From positions 30,164 through 94,163 of the IMG/VR virus record IMGVR_UViG_3300036715_002448: DNA of 64,000 bases; one strand, given 5' to 3'. The stretch is from an uncultured virus (IMG/VR IMGVR_UViG_3300036715_002448). Its lineage: Duplodnaviria > Heunggongvirae > Uroviricota > Caudoviricetes. How positions within the stretch are numbered: position 1 is the stretch's first letter; every line of letters starts with the position of its first letter. Below the pieces are notes generated by a model. The model made no database searches. It worked only from the letters and a program-made list of their open reading frames with translations, and was not told where the DNA came from. The translations under genes and the position numbers were made by a program. Positions 59,091 to 64,000 of the stretch are shown here, one piece after another.

Positions 59091-60047
59091 TTAAAAAAGA
59101 GTATTTTTGTAATATGAAAGTACTGGATTTAGCGGAGGTAATCCTGCAGCAACAATAACTCTATTAAGAGGATTGATTATAACATTTTCAAATTGTTTAT
59201 CAATATCCATTTTTGGAGCTATTTCAGATGGGAAAATACCTGGTTTAAATGCAAATACATCACAAGCATTTTCATTTGTGTAATAAAATTTAATTTTATC
59301 ACCTGTATGTATTAATTCATATTTTGTTTTTAAGTTTGCTTTATTTACAAGATAATTGAAATTTCCTGCTGCCCTAACATGAACTGGACATTTTGAAGCA
59401 ATTTCTAATTTATCAACATCATTTAAAATGTATTTATTATAATCAGAAATTGAAAAAGAAACAGATAATTTTTCCAGATTTGTTAATTTGAATTCTTCTT
59501 TAATTGATTTAAGAAGTTTTACTAAATCTGCATTGTCTTCATATTTAAGCGTTTTCTTTTTGAATATTACTTTAATAACTTCAATCAACTTTTGTCTTGC
59601 AAATGGAGGTGATGATGATTGAACAATTTCAAGTCCTGTTGTTTTAATATAAGTTAATGGATCAAAGTTTTTGCCATCTTTCCAAACTATGTTTTGTACA
59701 TATTTTTTCTTTGCAACAAAAATTGCTGATTCAGCAATAGTTTCAAGTTCAAAATCCAAAAAGTTATTTGTATTTCTAACAGTAGCAAAATCATTTAATA
59801 CATTTTTAATGAACTTAGCAAGTCTAAAATCATTAAGAGCCATAACAAAGTCTTTTTCAGTTCCTTGCCATTTAACAGCTTCCATAACTTCACCAAAAGA
59901 AAGATAACCAGAATTGTGAACTAATAAATTATTTGCGATAAATGTATGCGTATCATCGTGCATTTCTATATCATAAACATATTCATCTTCAAAATCTCCT
60001 AAACATTCAACTGATTCTATTTCCTCAAATTCATAGTCAAATTCCAT
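59091..60047 (-). CDS. gp43: Split-intein C fragment (45 aa) + palm/thumb of family B DNA polymerase
   Basis: VYDIEM..HTFIANNLLVHN|SGY; AKKKY, TGLEIVQSSSP, PVHVRAA, GDKIKF. Confidence 0.94.
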   Translation of the reverse strand: MEFDYEFEEIESVECLGDFEDEYVYDIEMHDDTHTFIANNLLVHNSGYLSFGEVMEAVKWQGTEKDFVMALNDFRLAKFIKNVLNDFATVRNTNNFLDFELETIAESAIFVAKKKYVQNIVWKDGKNFDPLTYIKTTGLEIVQSSSPPFARQKLIEVIKVIFKKKTLKYEDNADLVKLLKSIKEEFKLTNLEKLSVSFSISDYNKYILNDVDKLEIASKCPVHVRAAGNFNYLVNKANLKTKYELIHTGDKIKFYYTNENACDVFAFKPGIFPSEIAPKMDIDKQFENVIINPLNRVIVAAGLPPLNPVLSYYKNTLF

Positions 60048-61654
60048 ATTTTTTCTTTAAGATTATTAATAATTTGTGTTTTGTTTAAATTGTAATCTGA
60101 TTCCCAAATTACTATAGTTGTTATATTATGTTCTTCGTTTAAAGTTTTATACCTTTCTAAATCATTTTTCCAAATATCAATAGCTTTTAATTTCTTATTA
60201 AAGAAAAATGCTTTATCGTTAGCTGAATAAATTTCTGGATTAGCGTGATATAAGTCTCCATTGAATTCAATACATAAATTTAATTCATTTATAAAATAGT
60301 CAAGTTTAACATATTTTCCTAATGATTTTAAATATTTACCAAATTCCATATTTTTAGTTGCATAATATGTAGTTAAATTTAATTCTTCTATTGATTTATC
60401 TAAAGTAGAAAAAAGCTCTTGAGACACATTAGAATATAAATGACTAGTAGTTTTTTCTATAAATTCTTTGTATTTTTTTAAACCAATTTCATTACCATAT
60501 AATCTAATAAGATTGCTAGATGTAATACCTTTTTGTTTACAAACATTTGCATATTTCTTTAATCCTTCAACATAACCATATTTTTCAATAAAATAATCTT
60601 TTGAATTTCCGACATAGGCTTGCTTAGCTTTGTAATTTTCAAACCTTATTTTACCTTCAGTATCACCATATTTACTTATTAAATTTTTTTCTGTTATAGC
60701 TCTTGATTTATTAAATTCATCAAATTCTGATTTTGTCCAACCGTACTTTAATTTTTTATATTCAAATTTATTTTTTTCTGCTTGTAATTTACAATAATTT
60801 TCATATATTTCTCTACCTTTAATATCACCATGTCTATTTATAGAATTTTCTAACGTTATACCTAATTTTTTCCTTTGTATTTGCTTATCAGATTCATTTA
60901 TATTAAAAGCAAAACAAGTTATATCATTTAGTGTATTAAATACTCTATTTTTTGTTTTTAATTTATATGAAGGAAATTTATCTATTAAACAACTTTCACA
61001 AACACATAAATTATAAGTAGTTTCATTTACTTTTTTAGTTAGTTCATCTGATTTACCTATTTTTTTAATAGTAGAATTGCTTATTTTATATGAACTACCA
61101 TCATAAAATATACTATTATTACAAATAATACACTTAGCAGAATTAGGAAAAAATTTTAAGTCAATATAAGCATAAATATTTTTATCATTAGTTGATTTTT
61201 GTTTTTTAATTAATTTCTTTAAATCGAGTATCTCCATATTATATGTTTTATTTATATATCACAAAGATACTTAATAAAGTGATTAAATTTACAACTTTTT
61301 TACACCAATAAGTAAATCATTTTTAACATCTATTTCAGATGCTTTTATTTTTATTTTTGCACCATTTCGCAAAACCATTATACTATGGTCATCTGTTATT
61401 TCAATAAATTTACCACTTTTTGATATAACTTTCCATTTTTGTTTTTTGACTTTGTGTCTAATGATATGTTTTACTGACGACCATTTTAATTTATCATCCC
61501 AATTTAGTATTTTTACAAAACCTTCATTTAATGTTACAACTTCATTTTGATTCAAATCTATTGTGTAGCCATTTTTTGAATAAAATTTAAAAAACTCTTC
61601 TATTGACAATTCTCCTAAAATATTATCAATTACAGTAGATGATTTTTCAACACT
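59913..61654 (-). mobile_element. Ser1/Ser+1 split intein + nested endonuclease cassette in DNA polymerase (IntN 61292-61654, IntC 59913-60047)
   Basis: Inserted in motif C YGDTD|S; block B ITDDHS. Confidence 0.9.
60017..61237 (-). CDS. Free-standing Vsr-like/EDxHD homing endonuclease nested in gp43
   Basis: CIIC/CESC, IT..N.I..(Y/H)G...G repeats, LDYFINELNLCIEFNGDLYHANP, IVIWESD. Confidence 0.85.
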   Translation of the reverse strand: MEILDLKKLIKKQKSTNDKNIYAYIDLKFFPNSAKCIICNNSIFYDGSSYKISNSTIKKIGKSDELTKKVNETTYNLCVCESCLIDKFPSYKLKTKNRVFNTLNDITCFAFNINESDKQIQRKKLGITLENSINRHGDIKGREIYENYCKLQAEKNKFEYKKLKYGWTKSEFDEFNKSRAITEKNLISKYGDTEGKIRFENYKAKQAYVGNSKDYFIEKYGYVEGLKKYANVCKQKGITSSNLIRLYGNEIGLKKYKEFIEKTTSHLYSNVSQELFSTLDKSIEELNLTTYYATKNMEFGKYLKSLGKYVKLDYFINELNLCIEFNGDLYHANPEIYSANDKAFFFNKKLKAIDIWKNDLERYKTLNEEHNITTIVIWESDYNLNKTQIINNLKEKIWNLTMNLRK

Positions 61655-62026
61655 ATCCGTGTCACCATATTTGTAAATAGTTCCTTTTATTTTTGGCACT
61701 TTAAATCCTTCTGGTACTCCTAATTTTCTATGAAGTTCAACATCTTTATGAAAAATTTCATGAAAATACATTTCAATCATTTTTTCTGTATGTCTAATTG
61801 CTTCTTGTCCTTGAAGTGTAATAGTTTCAGCAATATCTGAATTGTAAAAATGAAAAAATTCATTTCCGAACGCTCCGTAAATAGAATTAATAGTTAATTT
61901 AATGGATTGTTCTTGTGATGCGCAATTTTTTGCAAAAGTCTTGAAGGCTTCAAGTTCTTCATTACTAAGCGTAGAATAGTCAAGGTCTTCAAGTTCTTGT
62001 TGTGTTAACGATTGAGGGTTTATCAT
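61289..62026 (-). CDS. gp43: Fingers/motif B-C part of family B DNA polymerase (124 aa) + split-intein N fragment (121 aa)
   Basis: KLTINSIYGAFGN, ITLQGQ, YGDTD then SVEKSSTV. Confidence 0.93.
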   Translation of the reverse strand: MINPQSLTQQELEDLDYSTLSNEELEAFKTFAKNCASQEQSIKLTINSIYGAFGNEFFHFYNSDIAETITLQGQEAIRHTEKMIEMYFHEIFHKDVELHRKLGVPEGFKVPKIKGTIYKYGDTDSVEKSSTVIDNILGELSIEEFFKFYSKNGYTIDLNQNEVVTLNEGFVKILNWDDKLKWSSVKHIIRHKVKKQKWKVISKSGKFIEITDDHSIMVLRNGAKIKIKASEIDVKNDLLIGVKKL

Positions 62027-62027
62027 T

Positions 62028-62774
62028 TTAATCTATAACTACTAAATTTGTTGCTAATTTTGTATTAGATTCAGTTGAATAGTAAAGAATTTTTTGGTCA
62101 CATACAATAACATCGTATGTTTCTTTATCCATTTTTTGAAGATGTGTTTTGAAAAATACAGAGTCTTTACTTGTTTTTGGTTGTGTATATTTATCATCTA
62201 AAATAATATCAAATGAATCACATTTGGCATGTACTCCTTCGGAATCTGCATATATTGTTAAATATTCATTTTTATCAAGTGATTGAAGTGATGCAATTTT
62301 TCCAAGATTTTCTAATGATAATTTAAAATCATACATTTTAGTACTTTCGTCAAATACTTTTTTAATTTGATCTGGTGTCATTGAAGTAAATCCCATTGAA
62401 ATATCTTGGCAAAAGATTGTAATTTTCAAAGTATTATCTTTCAATATAATTTTTTCTGCATAAACAACATTTTCTTCTTCGAAAGTTTCAATTTCGGCCG
62501 AAATTTGGTTTTTATCAAAAAAACCTAAACTTTGTAAAAGTTTTTGTCCTGAATAAAAAGACAATTTAATTGTTTCCGTTAATGGTTTTTCAAATTCCAT
62601 AACAGTTGATAATTTCATCGCAACAGATTTAACAACATCTCTAGTTGGTGTATAAACAGAAGACCATATTTGATCTTTGTCAATGTTTAAATACACAGCC
62701 GTGTCCATTGTACTAACACGTTTAATAAGTGACACTAAATTAGTTAAATCAATTTTTTTAATTTGATGTTTCAT
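62028..62774 (-). CDS. Probable sliding clamp (gp45-like)
   Basis: 248 aa with PCNA-like alpha/beta pattern; directly upstream of polymerase; class B motif upstream. Confidence 0.6.
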   Translation of the reverse strand: MKHQIKKIDLTNLVSLIKRVSTMDTAVYLNIDKDQIWSSVYTPTRDVVKSVAMKLSTVMEFEKPLTETIKLSFYSGQKLLQSLGFFDKNQISAEIETFEEENVVYAEKIILKDNTLKITIFCQDISMGFTSMTPDQIKKVFDESTKMYDFKLSLENLGKIASLQSLDKNEYLTIYADSEGVHAKCDSFDIILDDKYTQPKTSKDSVFFKTHLQKMDKETYDVIVCDQKILYYSTESNTKLATNLVVID

Positions 62775-62884
62775 AAGGTTTAAAATAAATTTTTATTGTT
62801 ATATGTTGATTTTTGAATAAAGTTTTGCTTATTTTTATGTTCATGTATTCTGTTAATAGAAATATCATAAAGTACAAAAACTAT

Positions 62885-64000
62885 TTAATTGAATGAACAA
62901 TTATGATAAAAAGTCAAACTTTTTACACAGTTTAGGCTAAAAACTCGTCCTAATTGTTCATTAGGTAAAGAAACTCTATACTTCATTTTAGAGTTTTTTA
63001 GATTAAGAAATATTTCTTTCCAGTCTTTACACTCACTAAATTGTTCCTTCCATTGGTGCTTTAATGAGCTTATTTTAAATTCCGGATAGAATTTTCTTTT
63101 ATTTTTTTCTTTTTCAAATATGACTTGTGCGCCACGTCTAGCAATTTCTATAGAAGCATTTATTGGGTCAGTGTAATCATACATTAAATTACCTATAATT
63201 GATGAATACATTGGACTGACTTCATAAAAAGTTAAGCCACTTAAATGAGCACGTTTCTTTAAATTTTGACTAAACATTTCACGTTTCCATAAATTCTTTG
63301 TTAATCTATTGAAAGAATGGGATTTATAATCACTAGTTTCACCAGTTTTGTCTTTGAATTTTAAGTCCTCGATGAATATTCCTTTACAATGGTACTCTTT
63401 AGCAAGTTCATTTATGGACTTTGCTATTTGAATGGATTCAAAGTTCAATTTATTGTTTAAATGTTTAAACTTTGGATCAGAAGAAGCAACATTTAAGTTC
63501 TTTATCTTGTCTATTAATACTTTAACAGAATATTCTCTAACAGCAATGACTTTAACCGAACCATCTTTTGTATTTTCAATGATTGAACATCCAATATTTG
63601 ATGGGTTCATGTCAATGCCTAAATAACGATTTTCAATGACTTTTGGTTTAGGTTCTTTAACCTCATCAAAAGAAATGTAAATAAAATTCTCATTTAGCTC
63701 TACTTGAAAAGGTTGTTCTTTTAAGGAAGTCCTAAGTTGAAGAATTTCAAGCTTTTTCCTGTAATTGGACTTTAAGTTTGGTAAATGCAAAGTAAATTTA
63801 ACTTTATTGCCTGGTTTAAAAATCAATTGGTTATCCTCGATTTTAAGTTCAAAGTGTCTGTTTCCTTTTTGAAGAGCTTCGCCTTGAACTTTTAAGTTAG
63901 AAAGTCTTTTTGCTTTCCATTGATCGTTAGTTATTTCATTTTTAAGTCGTTTAAGTAAATTATGTTTGCCTCCAAAAATGAACTTTTTACCTTTTGACTT
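62885..64000 (-). CDS. tnpB: TnpB-related RuvC protein (IS200/IS605-like), 5' end beyond the window
   Basis: Frame open to the window edge (KFIFGGK..QGEALQKGNRHF); YLGIDMNP, IFIEDL, PMYSSIIG..DPINASIEIARRG. Confidence 0.75.
   Translation of the reverse strand, partial: KSKGKKFIFGGKHNLLKRLKNEITNDQWKAKRLSNLKVQGEALQKGNRHFELKIEDNQLIFKPGNKVKFTLHLPNLKSNYRKKLEILQLRTSLKEQPFQVELNENFIYISFDEVKEPKPKVIENRYLGIDMNPSNIGCSIIENTKDGSVKVIAVREYSVKVLIDKIKNLNVASSDPKFKHLNNKLNFESIQIAKSINELAKEYHCKGIFIEDLKFKDKTGETSDYKSHSFNRLTKNLWKREMFSQNLKKRAHLSGLTFYEVSPMYSSIIGNLMYDYTDPINASIEIARRGAQVIFEKEKNKRKFYPEFKISSLKHQWKEQFSECKDWKEIFLNLKNSKMKYRVSLPNEQLGRVFSLNCVKSLTFYHNCSFN

Noticed and set aside
6714-62026. Interrupted genes as group I intron insertions or pseudogenes
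   Set aside because: Each break has intein motifs in frame on both sides (Cys/Ser1, block B His, terminal HN, Ser/Thr+1); the non-coding gaps are under ~90 nt, too short for a ribozyme core; exteins are intact
1-64000. Stop-codon reassignment as the cause of gene fragmentation
   Set aside because: Long genes read through fully in the standard code; TAA, TAG and TGA all end genes; the fragments are separated by whole endonuclease ORFs

Overview
A 64-kb AT-rich segment of a T4-like jumbo myophage genome with essentially all genes on the minus strand. A Bacteroidetes host is inferred, not shown. It holds the head and tail module (portal, protease-scaffold, major capsid, terminase, neck, sheath, tube, baseplate hub, tape measure) and the replication and recombination module (topoisomerase II, gp41 helicase, UvsX, gp46/47, family-B polymerase C-half, clamp, clamp loader, RNase H). 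It also encodes two sigma factors (ECF-like and gp55-like) and a TnpB-like gene cut by the window edge. The main signal is that SIX essential genes (gp52 topoisomerase, gp17 terminase, gp46, gp41, UvsX, gp43) are each broken into an N-extein-IntN ORF and an IntC-C-extein ORF, with an intact free-standing Vsr-like/EDxHD endonuclease gene between the halves. Each protein therefore appears to need protein trans-splicing by its own split intein. Four are atypically split (IntN 26-51 aa, with extra helical tails at the break) and sit in Walker A P-loops; one uses Ser1/Ser+1. Every nested endonuclease carries the GATATATAAA(A/T)A motif, or a one-repeat variant, that also precedes virion genes, and most have a candidate hairpin that could hide the start region on read-through mRNA. 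Other observations: a second promoter class before replication genes, a T4 CTS-like N-terminal tag on about 8 proteins including a RimK-protease fusion, a candidate +1 frameshift before the tape measure gene, and two decayed stand-alone endonuclease relics.
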